Assembly: GCA_965198225.1 (NCBI GenBank)
Contig: CBDAOY010000003.1
Span: 32,001-96,000, forward strand
Source of the DNA: Terriglobia bacterium
GTDB taxonomy: Bacteria > Acidobacteriota > Terriglobia > 20CM-2-55-15
Length of the DNA: 64,000 nt
Direction: 5' to 3'
A model generated the notes under the pieces. That model saw only the letters and a list, made by a program, of their open reading frames with translations. It searched no databases and was not told where the DNA came from. A program made the translations under genes and the position numbers. Shown in pieces: positions 9,630 to 23,538 of the stretch (positions within the stretch are counted from its first letter, which is position 1; every line of letters starts with the position of its first letter).

Positions 9630-11138
9630 ATGGCAAAACGACGACTGCTTTTCTCCCTCTTTGTGGTGCTGACGCTCGCTATGGGTGTCGCGATAGGGAC
9701 CATAGTTTCGGACAGGGTAACGGCCGGCCAGCAGCAGGCGCCCGAGCTGATGATTCCCGAACCCGTCCAGCTGTCTAACATCTTTTCGAAGATCGCCAGT
9801 GACATCGGACCCGCCGTGGTCCACATCAATACCGAGGCGCGGATCCGGGCCAGCAACCGGCAGCTGCCGAACCCGTTCGGAGACCCGTTTGACTTCTTCG
9901 ATTTCTTCGGGGGGCAGCCGCCCGATCAGGAGCCCGATCAGGGACGTCGAGCAGCGAATCTGGGTTCCGGCTTCATCGTCGACCAGTCCGGCTACATCAT
10001 GACGAACAACCATGTGGTTGAAGATGCCGACAAGATCACTGTCCGGCTGCCGGATGATTCCGAGTACGAGGCCTCTCTGATCGGTGCGGACAGAGAAACC
10101 GACCTGGCCGTGATCAAGATCGACGCGGGACGGGATCTGCCCTTCGTCCGTTTTGGCAACTCGGACGCGGCGAATGCCGGCGACTGGGTGTTGGCGCTGG
10201 GTAGCCCGTTTGGTTTCGAGAACACTCTGACGGCGGGCATCATCAGCGCGAAGGGTCGCGACGTGCCCGGTGGCGAGCAGTTCCAGAGGTTTATTCAGAC
10301 CGATGCGGCGATCAACCCCGGCAATAGCGGCGGCCCGCTGGTCAGCATGGCGGGCGAAGTCATCGGCGTCAACAGCGCGATCATTTCCAACACGCGTTCG
10401 TTTGCAGGGCTTGGGTTTGCGATGCCGTCGAACATCGCGATCGATGTTTACAATCAGTTGGTAGCTGACGGAAGGGTCACTCGAGGATCGATCGGCATCA
10501 CGTACAACGGTAATCCGGACCCGGCCTTGATCCGCGCCTTCGGGTTGGGCCACGGTGTCGTCGTCGACTCTGTCGTGCCCAACGGCCCAGCTGACGCCGC
10601 GGGTTTCCTTGCCGGGGACGTCATCACCGAGATTGCCGGTCGGCCGGTCACGAATGGAGACGTTCTGCTCGAGATCGTCGCGGCACAAAGGGTCGGTGAT
10701 TCGGTTCCCATAACCGTTCATCGAGGTGGCGACGATGTCACGCTGGTGGTAACGATCGCCGACCGTGCCGAGCTCTTCGCCGACCGAGCCGGTAACCCGA
10801 GGCCGCGGGACAACGAAGCGGTCCCGACGCGACTCGGCATTCGCGTGCAGGAGATTCCGGCGCAGGCCCGTTCTTTGCCGGGCGGCCGCGACCTGCAGGG
10901 TGTCATGGTTTTGTCTGTCGAGCCTGACAGCCTGGCCGCTGAGGCCGGTATGGCCCGGGGCGTGATCATCTCGCGTATCGTAGCAGGGCGGGAGACGTTC
11001 GACATCACCAGCGTCGACGACTTCCAACGCGCCGAGAGAAGCCTGGAATCGGGAATGACAGTGGCTTTCATGGTCCGGATCCGCAACTCCCAGACCCAGC
11101 AGTTCCAGACCACGTTCCTGCCGATGACGATCCCGTAA
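9630..11138 (+). CDS. degP: Do/DegP/HtrA-family periplasmic serine protease with two PDZ domains
   Basis: N-terminal hydrophobic segment, GSGFI, TNNHVV, DLAVIKI, QTDAAINPGNSGGPL; upstream TATAAT at 9581. Confidence 0.9.
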   Translation: MAKRRLLFSLFVVLTLAMGVAIGTIVSDRVTAGQQQAPELMIPEPVQLSNIFSKIASDIGPAVVHINTEARIRASNRQLPNPFGDPFDFFDFFGGQPPDQEPDQGRRAANLGSGFIVDQSGYIMTNNHVVEDADKITVRLPDDSEYEASLIGADRETDLAVIKIDAGRDLPFVRFGNSDAANAGDWVLALGSPFGFENTLTAGIISAKGRDVPGGEQFQRFIQTDAAINPGNSGGPLVSMAGEVIGVNSAIISNTRSFAGLGFAMPSNIAIDVYNQLVADGRVTRGSIGITYNGNPDPALIRAFGLGHGVVVDSVVPNGPADAAGFLAGDVITEIAGRPVTNGDVLLEIVAAQRVGDSVPITVHRGGDDVTLVVTIADRAELFADRAGNPRPRDNEAVPTRLGIRVQEIPAQARSLPGGRDLQGVMVLSVEPDSLAAEAGMARGVIISRIVAGRETFDITSVDDFQRAERSLESGMTVAFMVRIRNSQTQQFQTTFLPMTIP

Positions 11139-11159
11139 ACGGTAGCCATCACGAATACA

Positions 11160-11188
11160 AAGGGGCGCCCCCGAGCGCCCTTTTTTTA
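11160..11188 (+). terminator. Rho-independent terminator
   Basis: AAGGGGCGC-cccga-GCGCCCTTTTTTT. Confidence 0.75.
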
Positions 11189-11193
11189 ATTTA

Positions 11194-11317
11194 ACCACGG
11201 AGGCACGAAGGCACGGAGGTGGAAGAAAGACTGTTTTCTCAAAAGAAAGATCAGCAGTTTCAACCTCCGTGCCTCCGTGGTTAGATTTCCCTCTGTGTTC
11301 TTCGTGCCTTCGCGGTG
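11194..11317. repeat. Inverted arrays of 9-bp repeats
   Basis: AACCACGGAGGCACGAAGGCACGGAGG ... CCTCCGTGCCTCCGTGGTT ... TCTGTGTTCTTCGTGCCTTCGCGGT. Confidence 0.7.
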
Positions 11318-11345
11318 AAACCGATCACTGCTGATAAGCTAACAG

Positions 11346-12113
11346 GTGGCGATGAGCAAAACGTGGGAGCTGATGCTGGATCCGGCACTCGACGGCGAAG
11401 CCAATATGGCTGTCGATGCGGAGCTGCTGGCTTCGGTCGAGTCGGCTGAAGAGCCGCGGACAGTGCTGCGGTTCTATTCCTGGATTCGGCCGACGATTTC
11501 CCTGGGTCGCAACCAGAAGCCCGAAGAGGCGGTCGATTTGAATGTCTGCCGCGAAGAAGGTATCGAGGTTGTCCGGCGCCCGACCGGCGGACGTGCGGTC
11601 CTGCACGATGACGAGCTCACCTATGCGGTGGTTTCCAACGACCTGTCGTACTTTGCGGACGGATCGATCTATGAGACCTACCGCGTGATCTCCGAGGGGT
11701 TGTCGGCGGGCTATGGAAGCCTCGGAGTGAAGACTTTGCTGGCGCCCGACACGCGCCGTATGGGTTCGTCAAGAAACGGGTCCGACTACCCCTGTTTTGT
11801 CTCACCATCCAGGTATGAGTTGATGGTCGATGGTCGAAAGATCGTGGGGAGCGCACAGCGTCGCTTGAGAAGAAGCTTCCTCCAGCACGGGTCCATGCCG
11901 ATCACCTGCAACCGCGAGCTGCTGGCACGGGCCACTTGCCTGGGGGAGGCAGGATTACTGGACGAGGAGATGTGCAGCATCGAGGAATGCCTTGGGGTGA
12001 GGCCGGCGCTGGGCGCAATGCTGAACGCTTTCGTCGGGGCCTTCCAGCATCATTTCGGCGTTGATTTCATCCGTCGGACTTCTTCGGACCACGTACCCGG
12101 TCAATTGCGCTAA
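11346..12113 (+). CDS. Lipoate-protein ligase A / LipM-like octanoyltransferase
   Basis: NMAVD, LRFYSW, VRRPTGGRAVLHD, GRKIVGSAQ, LQHGS. Confidence 0.88.
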   Translation: MAMSKTWELMLDPALDGEANMAVDAELLASVESAEEPRTVLRFYSWIRPTISLGRNQKPEEAVDLNVCREEGIEVVRRPTGGRAVLHDDELTYAVVSNDLSYFADGSIYETYRVISEGLSAGYGSLGVKTLLAPDTRRMGSSRNGSDYPCFVSPSRYELMVDGRKIVGSAQRRLRRSFLQHGSMPITCNRELLARATCLGEAGLLDEEMCSIEECLGVRPALGAMLNAFVGAFQHHFGVDFIRRTSSDHVPGQLR

Positions 12114-12187
12114 GTGGTTTATATAGTTATTTTTGCGATATAGGACGAGTACAACTTGGATCGTTTTTCGACAGGTTTCGGGCTCGG

Positions 12188-12216
12188 TTGACAGCCTACC
12201 TGCCTGATGTTATAAG
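12188..12216 (+). promoter_or_regulatory. Sigma70 promoter of hrcA (near-leaderless transcript)
   Basis: TTGACA, 17 bp, TGtTATAAG; ATG only 8 nt after the -10. Confidence 0.7.
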
Positions 12217-12224
12217 CTAGCTCT

Positions 12225-13292
12225 ATGAAGGCCAAACCGCCAGTGGGAAAAGAACTCGAAGATCGTCCCAGGGAGATCCTCGGACTGATCATCAGTTCCT
12301 ACATCGGTTCAGGCGAGCCCGTGGGCTCACGGACGATTTCGAAGGTGATCGAGAAGCGGTTGAGCGCGGCAACGATCCGCAACATCATGGCCGACCTCGA
12401 GGATGCGGGTTACCTTTCCCAGCCCCACGCCTCGGCCGGGCGCGTGCCTTCCGAGAAGGGATATCGTTTCTACGTCGATTGCCTCGGAGAGTCCCCGAAA
12501 CCGAGCCGCGACGACGAGGAGTACATTATCAAGGCGTTGACCGGGGCCACGACTCCCGAAGACATGATGTCGACGGCGTCCTACCTGTTGTCGGACATCT
12601 GCCACAACGTGGGTATCGTCGTCGCGCCGTCGATGGAATCGAGCGTGCTGCAGCATATCGAGTTTGTCCGGTTGGACGACGGGAAGGTACTCGTCATTCT
12701 GGTCTCAAAACCGGGTCTCGTGCAGCAGAAACTGATTCGAGTTTCGGATCCCTACACCCAGGAAGAGTTGACCCGGGCAGGCAACTATCTCGTCGAGAAG
12801 TTTTCAGGCCAGACGCTGCCGGAGATCCGGCGCAAACTCGTCGAGATGTTGGAAGAAGAGTGGGTCCGCTACGATCGGATGATGCGGAGCCTCCTGGAAT
12901 CCTGGAGTCGGAGCCTGGCCGAATCAGAAGCCGACGCGCCGACGGAATCCGTCTTCGTTCAGGGCACGGGAAACATACTTGCACAAGTCGACCTGTCCGA
13001 TATCGAGCGTATGCAGGAGCTCTTCCGGGTGTTTGAAGAGAAGGAACGTTTGGTCAAGATCCTGAACGCCTGCCTGCCCAAAGGACCCGAAGAAGGCGTG
13101 AAGATCATGATTGGCTCGGAGCTGGGCGCGGCCTGCATGAAAGACTTCACGTTGATCACATCGCCGTATCTCCAGCATGACTCGAAGACCGGCTTCATGG
13201 GCGTGATCGGACCTTCCAGGATGGAATACCGGCGGGGCATTTCCGTCGTCGACTGCATGGCCCGGGTCTTCGGCCGGATGATCGAAGCCTAG
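12225..13292 (+). CDS. hrcA: Heat-inducible transcription repressor HrcA
   Basis: EPVGSRT, SAATIRNIMADLE, QPHASAGRVPSEKGYRFYVD, GVIGPSRMEY. Confidence 0.95.
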   Translation: MKAKPPVGKELEDRPREILGLIISSYIGSGEPVGSRTISKVIEKRLSAATIRNIMADLEDAGYLSQPHASAGRVPSEKGYRFYVDCLGESPKPSRDDEEYIIKALTGATTPEDMMSTASYLLSDICHNVGIVVAPSMESSVLQHIEFVRLDDGKVLVILVSKPGLVQQKLIRVSDPYTQEELTRAGNYLVEKFSGQTLPEIRRKLVEMLEEEWVRYDRMMRSLLESWSRSLAESEADAPTESVFVQGTGNILAQVDLSDIERMQELFRVFEEKERLVKILNACLPKGPEEGVKIMIGSELGAACMKDFTLITSPYLQHDSKTGFMGVIGPSRMEYRRGISVVDCMARVFGRMIEA

Positions 13293-13481
13293 CAGCCACG
13301 GACTGCTCGACTATCTGCCTCTTTCCCAAGGACATCTTGCTCGGTTGACGCATGCCGACACCAAGTCGGCTCGATGTCGTGCTGTTATAATAGGTGATCG
13401 GCCAGATGGCCGAATAGTCTACTTACCGCGCTGCTCTTGATTTGGACTTGAGCAGCCACGGGCTGCTAGTTCAGGGAAAAG

Positions 13482-14075
13482 ATGCAAGATGAGCTTGAAA
13501 ACCAGACGATGCCGACCGAACCCGAAGAAGTAGCTGCGGGCGATCTCGAGACCGAACCCGAAGGGCCGCCCGATCCGATCCAGCTCTCCCGGGACGTCCA
13601 TGCGCTCAGTGAGGAGCGGGATGAGCTCCGAGACAGCCTGCTGAGAAAGCAGGCCGAGTTCGAGAACTTCCGAAAGCGCATCGATCGCGAGCGCGGCGAG
13701 TTCGTCAAGTTTGCGTCGTCCGAGTTGATGCGCGAGGTTCTAAACGTTCTCGATTCTTTCGAGCTGGCGTTGAACGACGTTTCCGCTGATGACGAGAAAA
13801 GTGCCAGCGTGCGGAAGGGGTTCGAGTTGATCTACAAACAGCTGCTCGACAGCCTGAAGCGATTCGGCCTCGATATGGTCGCCGCGCAAGGCGTGAAGTT
13901 CGATCCTCATGTCCACGAGGCCGTGAGTACCCAGCCGACCGACGAAGCCCCCGAAGGCACGGTAATGACGGAACTGCGCAAAGGCTACCTGTTGCACGGG
14001 AAGCTGCTTCGCCCCGCGATGGTCACCGTCGCAGCCGCGGCGCCGACCGCGCCGTCGGAAGAGGGTGACTCTTGA
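13482..14075 (+). CDS. grpE: Nucleotide exchange factor GrpE
   Basis: [33 protein letters not shown]. Confidence 0.96.
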   Translation: MQDELENQTMPTEPEEVAAGDLETEPEGPPDPIQLSRDVHALSEERDELRDSLLRKQAEFENFRKRIDRERGEFVKFASSELMREVLNVLDSFELALNDVSADDEKSASVRKGFELIYKQLLDSLKRFGLDMVAAQGVKFDPHVHEAVSTQPTDEAPEGTVMTELRKGYLLHGKLLRPAMVTVAAAAPTAPSEEGDS

Positions 14076-15202
14076 GCCGGAAGCGCGATTATTACGACGT
14101 CATGGGCATTGCCCGGGCCGCCTCCGAGCAGGACATCAAGAGTGCCTACCGGAAGCTTGCACTGGAATACCACCCGGACCGCAATCCCGGCGACAAGGTT
14201 GCGGAAGACAAGTTCAAGGAAGCCGCCGAGGCGTACTCGGTCCTGAGCGACGCTCAGAAACGTAGTCAGTATGACCGGTTCGGGCATGCAGGCGTCAGCG
14301 GTGTCGGCGGCCCGGGCGGCAGTGGGTTCGATCCCAGCGTCTTTTCCGATTTCAGCGACATACTGGGAGATCTGTTCGGTTTTGGCGACCTGTTCGGCGG
14401 CGGCACTCGCCGTTCGGGTCGTGCCGCAAACCGGGGCGCGGACCTTCGCTATGACCTCGAACTCAGCTTCGAGGATGCTGCATTCGGCAAGAAGACCCGA
14501 ACCAAAGTGCCCCGCCATGAAAGCTGTAGCGAGTGTGGCGGCACCGGTGTGCCGGAGGGAAGCGGGCCGACGACGTGCCCCACCTGCAACGGTTACGGCC
14601 AGGTTCGATTCCAGCAGGGCTTTTTCAGCATCACGCGGACGTGCAGCCAGTGCCAGGGGAGCGGACAGTTCATCAAAGATCCGTGCGTGCGATGCCACGG
14701 GGAGGGGCGTGTCGTCAAGGAGAAGACGCTCGAGATCAAGATTCCGGCCGGCGTCGACACCGGGTCCCGATTGCGTGTTGCCGGGGAAGGGGACTCGGGA
14801 ACCCGGGGGGGCCCTCCCGGCGATCTTTACGTTCTCATCCACGTTGAAGAACACGAGTTCTTCGACCGCCGTGACGACGATCTCTTCTGTCACATACCCG
14901 TGTCGTTTGCCCAGGCCGCGTTGGGAACGGTGATTCCCGTGCCGACGCTCGACGGCCAGGAGCAACTGAAGATCCCCGCCGGTACCCAACCTGACAGCGT
15001 ATTTCGTATCCGGGGGGTGGGCATTGCCAAGGCCAACGGCCGTGGCCAGGGCGACCTCTACGTTACCGTCGGAGTCCAGATCCCGAGGAAGCTTTCCCGA
15101 GAACAGCGAGAGCTCATCTCGAAGCTGTCCGAAACCGAGGATGCAGAGAATCAGCCGATTCAAAAGAAGATTCTGGAGCGAGTGAAGGAGATCTTTGGTT
15201 GA
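14072..15202 (+). CDS. dnaJ: Chaperone DnaJ
   Basis: J-domain HPD, G/F region, four CxxCxGxG repeats. Confidence 0.97.
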   Translation: MSRKRDYYDVMGIARAASEQDIKSAYRKLALEYHPDRNPGDKVAEDKFKEAAEAYSVLSDAQKRSQYDRFGHAGVSGVGGPGGSGFDPSVFSDFSDILGDLFGFGDLFGGGTRRSGRAANRGADLRYDLELSFEDAAFGKKTRTKVPRHESCSECGGTGVPEGSGPTTCPTCNGYGQVRFQQGFFSITRTCSQCQGSGQFIKDPCVRCHGEGRVVKEKTLEIKIPAGVDTGSRLRVAGEGDSGTRGGPPGDLYVLIHVEEHEFFDRRDDDLFCHIPVSFAQAALGTVIPVPTLDGQEQLKIPAGTQPDSVFRIRGVGIAKANGRGQGDLYVTVGVQIPRKLSREQRELISKLSETEDAENQPIQKKILERVKEIFG

Positions 15203-15247
15203 ACAAGTAGCCAGTAGCCAGTAGCCAGTTAGAGAGCCCCCCTTTCC

Positions 15248-16096
15248 ATGCCTTTTAACCAGATTGTGGTTGAGGTTCCTGAGAAACTGAGAGAAGTTCT
15301 TGTTGCTGAATGTTCAGGTGACGAGTTCGCCGGACTGTGGGAGCAGGAACTGCCAGGCGCCCGGTCGCGGCTGACGATTTACTTCGATTCCTCGTCAGAC
15401 GTCCGCAGCCTGGAAGATCGAGTGTGCGGGGTGTTCGAGAGGGCCGGGGAAGCGGTGCCGGAGGTTCGGGCAGGCGTCCAGGAAGACAGGGATTGGACTG
15501 CGGAATGGCGGAAAGGCTACACGAGCTTCGACGTCGGCCGCCGTTTCAGGGTCGTGCCGAGCTGGGAGGACCCTCCCCGGGCTGCACGAACCGTCATTCG
15601 CATCGATCCGGGGCAAGCGTTCGGGACCGGCACCCATGAAACGACCCAGTTGGTTATCGAGGCGCTCGAGCGGTGGGCTGTGAGCGATCACTACGTCCTC
15701 GACCTGGGGGCGGGTTCGGGGATTCTGTCCATTGCCGCGAAGAAGCTCGGCTGGCCCCGGGTTGCCGCATGTGAACTGGACCCGGATGCGGCTGGCGTTG
15801 CGGCGGACAATTTCGAAAGGAACTTCGTGCCGGTGGACCTCTTTATCGGCTCGATCGATTCCGTCGACTCCGGATCGGTCGGTCTGCTCCTTGCGAACCT
15901 GTCCGTTGGCACAATCCAGGGACTGCTTCCCGACATCAGCCGGGTTCTCATGCCCGGCTCATGCTCGATCCTGTCAGGAATCCTCGGCGAGCAGGCCGAG
16001 GCGCTGACATCACTTTTCTCGAGTCAGGGATACTCCGTGCTGGCACAGGAAACCCGGGGAGAGTGGGCTGCGATCGTGGTCCGACATGGCGACTAA
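15248..16096 (+). CDS. prmA: Ribosomal protein L11 methyltransferase
   Basis: IDPGQAFGTGTHETT, VLDLGAGSGILSIAA, ILSGIL; follows dnaJ. Confidence 0.9.
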   Translation: MPFNQIVVEVPEKLREVLVAECSGDEFAGLWEQELPGARSRLTIYFDSSSDVRSLEDRVCGVFERAGEAVPEVRAGVQEDRDWTAEWRKGYTSFDVGRRFRVVPSWEDPPRAARTVIRIDPGQAFGTGTHETTQLVIEALERWAVSDHYVLDLGAGSGILSIAAKKLGWPRVAACELDPDAAGVAADNFERNFVPVDLFIGSIDSVDSGSVGLLLANLSVGTIQGLLPDISRVLMPGSCSILSGILGEQAEALTSLFSSQGYSVLAQETRGEWAAIVVRHGD

Positions 16097-16784
16097 ATCG
16101 GTTTACCTTCCGGATCCGACGATCGATGACGGGCTGCTGCGCGTATCCGGTGACGAGCACCATCACTTGAAGGTGTCCCGCACTCAGCCAGGCGAATTGA
16201 TCGACGTCTTCGACGGCGAGGGGCGTGTCTGGGCGGGCGAGGTGGATTCCGTCGACAAGAAGGAGACGCGGATCCGTGTCGTTACAGCTCGCAGCGAGTC
16301 GGGCCGGCAGGTCGAACTCGTTCTCGCCCAGGCACTCATCAAGCCCGCGTCCTTCGAGTGGATCCTCGAGAAGGCCGTCGAGCTCGGGGTGACTCGAATC
16401 ATTCCTTTCCGGGCAGAGCGGTCCAACGCGGCCCGGGGTCGCATCGAACGGTGGCGTCGCATCATCGTCGAGGCGGCCAAGCAGTCGAAGCACTATCGCC
16501 TTCCGCATCTCGATGAGGTCACAGACCTCGATTCCGTCCTCGCGTTTCGGGCAGCCTCCAAGATTCTGTTTGCTGAAAAAGACGGTATTTCGCTAAAGTC
16601 GGCAGTTTCCGGGGGGCCGGTCCTCTATCTCATCGGGCCCGAAGGCGGTTGGACCGACGATGAGCGCTCGCGGGCTCGCGCTACCGGCGTCGCCGAGGTG
16701 CAGCTCGGTTCGCATGTTATGCGCTCGGAAACAGCGGCTGTCGTGGCCACGGCGCTGATTCAGTACGAGTTGGGAGTGTTTTGA
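16086..16784 (+). CDS. rsmE: 16S rRNA m3U1498 methyltransferase
   Basis: EKAVELGV, EAAKQS, IGPEGGW, MRSETA. Confidence 0.93.
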   Translation: MATKSVYLPDPTIDDGLLRVSGDEHHHLKVSRTQPGELIDVFDGEGRVWAGEVDSVDKKETRIRVVTARSESGRQVELVLAQALIKPASFEWILEKAVELGVTRIIPFRAERSNAARGRIERWRRIIVEAAKQSKHYRLPHLDEVTDLDSVLAFRAASKILFAEKDGISLKSAVSGGPVLYLIGPEGGWTDDERSRARATGVAEVQLGSHVMRSETAAVVATALIQYELGVF

Positions 16785-17605
16785 CTATTCACCACTGGAC
16801 CCCGCGATTCAGCCCGCCGGCCCTGCTGCTCTTGCTTTCATGGCTGGTGGCGGCGCCGCTTTCGGCCCAACAGCGGCCGCTGCTCACCGAAGACCCCCGG
16901 CTGATACCCGAAGGCCAACTGGTGACGGAGACTGGTTTCGGATACTTCAACCGAGCTCGATTCCCCGTCAACGGTGTCGGAGGGAACCTGCTTTCGATCC
17001 TGGACGGCGGTTTTCATTTCGGGCTCGGTTCCAGGGCGGAGTTTCAGATAACCGGAACCATACGGAATTACCTCTGGGTGAAGGAGGGCGGGACCGGCCA
17101 GAGAAACGACTGGGGCGACGGCCTCCTGTCGACGAAGATCGCAATCGTCAAGGAATCGGGAAAGCTTCCCGACATCACATTCCGGCCCACCATCCTCCTG
17201 CCCAACTCCAGCAACGAGAGCATCGGGAAGGACGGGACCGACTTCTTCGGTTCGCTGCTGATCGGCAAGAGCGTTGGCGGCGCCTACATCTTCGGCAGCA
17301 TCGGTCTCGGAATCCTGGACGACGCGGTGAGGGTGAGCGCACAGCAGGACGTGCTCACTTACGGTATAGCGGCGCTCGCGCCCGTGACAAACTCGCTGAA
17401 CATCGCCCTGGAGGTCAACGGTCTTGAAAACCCGCAATCAAACCCCACGCCGGGGGGAGAGGATCGGGCACAGGCTCGATTCGGCATCCAGTTGGACGCC
17501 CTTGGTATGCGCTGGGACGTCGGCGCTACCGCAGGACTGACGGACTTGGACCATCGAGTGGGAGTCGTCTTCGGTTTCACCAAAGAAATCACCCTTTGGC
17601 GTTAG
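16781..17605 (+). CDS. Exported hypothetical protein, probable outer-membrane beta-barrel
   Basis: Signal peptide ending LSA-QQRPLLTED; alternating hydrophobic strands; aromatic C-terminus. Confidence 0.65.
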   Translation: MTIHHWTPRFSPPALLLLLSWLVAAPLSAQQRPLLTEDPRLIPEGQLVTETGFGYFNRARFPVNGVGGNLLSILDGGFHFGLGSRAEFQITGTIRNYLWVKEGGTGQRNDWGDGLLSTKIAIVKESGKLPDITFRPTILLPNSSNESIGKDGTDFFGSLLIGKSVGGAYIFGSIGLGILDDAVRVSAQQDVLTYGIAALAPVTNSLNIALEVNGLENPQSNPTPGGEDRAQARFGIQLDALGMRWDVGATAGLTDLDHRVGVVFGFTKEITLWR

Positions 17606-17610
17606 GCGGT

Positions 17611-17678
17611 GTAGGTGCGGTCTATGACCGCACCTTGTTCGGTCCGCACCGTTTTGTGCGCTCATAGAGCGCACCTAC
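17611..17678. repeat. GTAG REP doublet
   Basis: GTAGGTGCGGTCTATGACCGCAC ... GTGCGCTCATAGAGCGCACCTAC. Confidence 0.88.
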
Positions 17679-17710
17679 ACCCCTTCGGGTGTCTTTGGGT
17701 AGCGAGACAG

Positions 17711-17900
17711 TTGGAAGAGCTCCGGGCGTGGTGGGCCCGACGCTAAGGAAATGGTCGGGGACAGGGGTATAGCCCTGTCCCCGGGCGTATGCCTAAGCAG
17801 AAATGTCCGTGAAAGAGAACAGCCAGAGCAGACCATGCCGGGTGTCCGCGAAGCACAAATGTCCCTGACCGCAGAGAGCCCGACCGAATGGCTCTTCCGA
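17711..17900 (+). ncRNA. ssrS: Candidate 6S RNA (rod-like, about 190 nt)
   Basis: Nested long-range pairings GGAAGAGC/GCTCTTCC, GGTGGGC/GCCCGACC, GGTCGGGGACA/TGTCCCTGACC, central bubble, CCCGG..ATG/CATGCCGGG; G-U pairs favour the + strand. Confidence 0.6.
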
Positions 17901-17951
17901 ATTCAATCGGGAATAGTCTAAAATGACAACTTCATACTGAAGCATCATTCT

Positions 17952-18536
17952 ATGGATCCTGAATACCGAGACGAACACGTTCACCCACCCCAGCCGGACG
18001 TTTTCCCCGAGCCTCAGCCTAGTGTTTTAAGTGAGATACGCGGTTGGGCACGAGACGTCTTCTTCGCCATCGGAACCGCGATCATCATCGTCGTGTTCTT
18101 CTACCAGCCGGTGAAGGTGGAAGGCACCAGCATGCTTCCCGAGCTGGTCGATCAGGAGCGGATCTTCGTCAACAAATTCGTCTACCGGATCGAAAACATC
18201 GCCCGCCGGGATATCGTCGTCTTCTGGTACCCACTCGACACAACGAAGTCCTATATCAAGCGCGTCATCGGAATTCCCGGAGACGTCGTCGAGCTGCGGC
18301 GGGGTGAAGTCCTCGTCAACGGACAGACGATCAAAGAGAGCTATGTGCCGTCCAACTACTTCGATCGCAGGAGCTACCCTCCGGTCTATGTCGAACCGGG
18401 TCAGTACTACGTCCTGGGCGACCACCGGAACCAGTCCAACGACAGCCGTATGTGGGGACTGGTACCCGAACAGAATATCTACGGCAAAGCAGTCTTCCGG
18501 TATTGGCCAGTGAGTAAGATGGGTACTATCGATTGA
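17952..18536 (+). CDS. lepB: Signal peptidase I
   Basis: TM segment, [30 protein letters not shown]. Confidence 0.93.
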   Translation: MDPEYRDEHVHPPQPDVFPEPQPSVLSEIRGWARDVFFAIGTAIIIVVFFYQPVKVEGTSMLPELVDQERIFVNKFVYRIENIARRDIVVFWYPLDTTKSYIKRVIGIPGDVVELRRGEVLVNGQTIKESYVPSNYFDRRSYPPVYVEPGQYYVLGDHRNQSNDSRMWGLVPEQNIYGKAVFRYWPVSKMGTID

Positions 18537-19649
18537 TGAAAGCGACGTTGCTCTTCGAGGACGGAAGAGTTTTCCGTGGTCAGGGACACGGATTCCCCGG
18601 CGAAGCTGTTGGGGAGGTCGTTTTCAACACATCGATGGCCGGGTACCAGGAGATTCTGACCGATCCCTCCTACGCGGGACAGATCGTCACGATGACGTAC
18701 CCGCTGATCGGCAACACCGGCGTCAACCCCGAAGACGTCGAATCCCGCCGGCCTTTCCTCGAAGCGTTCATCGTCCGACGTTTGTCTACCTACCCGAGCA
18801 ATTGGCGGAGTGCGGAATCTCTGGACGACTATCTTCGACGGAACCGGATTCCGGCAATATCCGAGATCGACACCCGGGCCCTGGTTCGTCACGTACGGAC
18901 AAAGGGCGCCATGCGCGCCGTCGTGTCGCTCATCGACGACGACGTCGAATCCCTCAGAACAAAGGTGGAACGTGGGCCCGGGATGGTCGGAAGAGATCTG
19001 GCCAGTGATGTAACGATCGATGCCCGATACGAGCCCGAGAGGGAAGACGTCGACTTCGTCGAGTTCGCCTCGTTCAAGTGCGGAGCGGAGGACTCCTTGC
19101 GGGTGGTGGCTTACGACTTCGGGATCAAGACGAACATTCTTCGGGATCTAGCCCATTGTGGCGCGGACGTGACCGTCGTTCCTTCCCACACGACCGCGTC
19201 GGAAGTCCTCTCGCTCGATCCCGACGGGGTCTTTCTATCGAACGGTCCCGGCGACCCGGAAGCTGTCGACTACGCTGTTCGGAACGTCCGGGAGCTGCTC
19301 GGAAAGAAGCCGGTCTTCGGCATCTGCCTCGGCCACCAGATCATGGGCCTCGCCCTGGGTGCCCGGACATTCAAACTGAAGTTCGGCCATCACGGCGGCA
19401 ACCATCCGGTGATGCACATCGACACGGGACGCGTCGAGATCACCGCCCAGAATCACGGATTTGCGGTCGATCCGCAGAGCCTCGACGACGAGGAAGTGCG
19501 GATCACCCACCTCAACCTGAACGATCAGACCGTCGAGGGTCTGGAGCACCGCAGCCTACCCGCTTTCAGCGTGCAGTACCATCCCGAAGCGTCACCGGGG
19601 CCTCACGACTCCTACTACCTGTTCGAAAAGTTCTTCGACCTGATGCGCG

Positions 19650-19666
<17 letters not shown>
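18533..19666 (+). CDS. carA: Carbamoyl-phosphate synthase small subunit
   Basis: [31 protein letters not shown]. Confidence 0.97.
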
Positions 19667-22865
<3,199 letters not shown>

Positions 22866-22971
22866 GATGTGAATCTGGGATTTAGTCCTAGGAATTTCTG
22901 CCAGTCAATTCCGATTCCCCCTGATTTACAGGGTCATGGCGGACCTTTAAATTGGTTCTATCAGGAAATGT

Positions 22972-23538
22972 GTGGTGAGAAGAAATCGTACGCATTCGTG
23001 TGACGGGTTCAGCCTGACGGAAGTGGTCGTCGTCGTTGGCATCATCATGGTGATGGCCGCGGGTGTTGCGATGCTGCAGTTCGGGTCGGCCCAGGTGCTT
23101 ATTGACGCCGACGCGGCGATCGCGCAAGTCGCATCCCAGATGCGCTACGCGCGGCAGGTGTCGATCGACCAACGGCGCACGGTTCAACTGCTCTTCATCG
23201 GCACCAACCAGATCCAGGTCGTCCGCCAGGACGACGCGAACAACACGACGGTCATGGCGGACGTTACCCTGCCGACTGGCTACACTTTCGCGATGCCCAA
23301 CGGGGCGGCCGATACACCGGAGGGTTTCGGAAACAATGCAGCCGTCGACCTGGGCGGCGGAACGACGGGAAACTTTGTTTCAGACGGGACGTTCGTCACT
23401 GCGAACAACGCGATCCTGAACGGGACGGTGTTCACCATGAGCGCTTCGACGGGAACGGCGCGAGCCGCGACACTGACGGGTGCCACCGGTCGGGTCAAAC
23501 GCTACATCTGGACCAATGGGGCCTGGGCACAGCTATGA
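22972..23538 (+). CDS. Type IV minor pilin, FimT/FimU/GspH-like (set 1)
   Basis: Prepilin motif G|FSLTE plus hydrophobic helix. Confidence 0.8.
   Translation: MVRRNRTHSCDGFSLTEVVVVVGIIMVMAAGVAMLQFGSAQVLIDADAAIAQVASQMRYARQVSIDQRRTVQLLFIGTNQIQVVRQDDANNTTVMADVTLPTGYTFAMPNGAADTPEGFGNNAAVDLGGGTTGNFVSDGTFVTANNAILNGTVFTMSASTGTARAATLTGATGRVKRYIWTNGAWAQL

Noticed and set aside
17711-17900. RNase P RNA or SRP RNA
   Set aside because: Lacks GAGGAAAGTCC / AGAACCCGGCTTA and the SRP CAGG-GGAA-AGCAG motif; too short for RNase P
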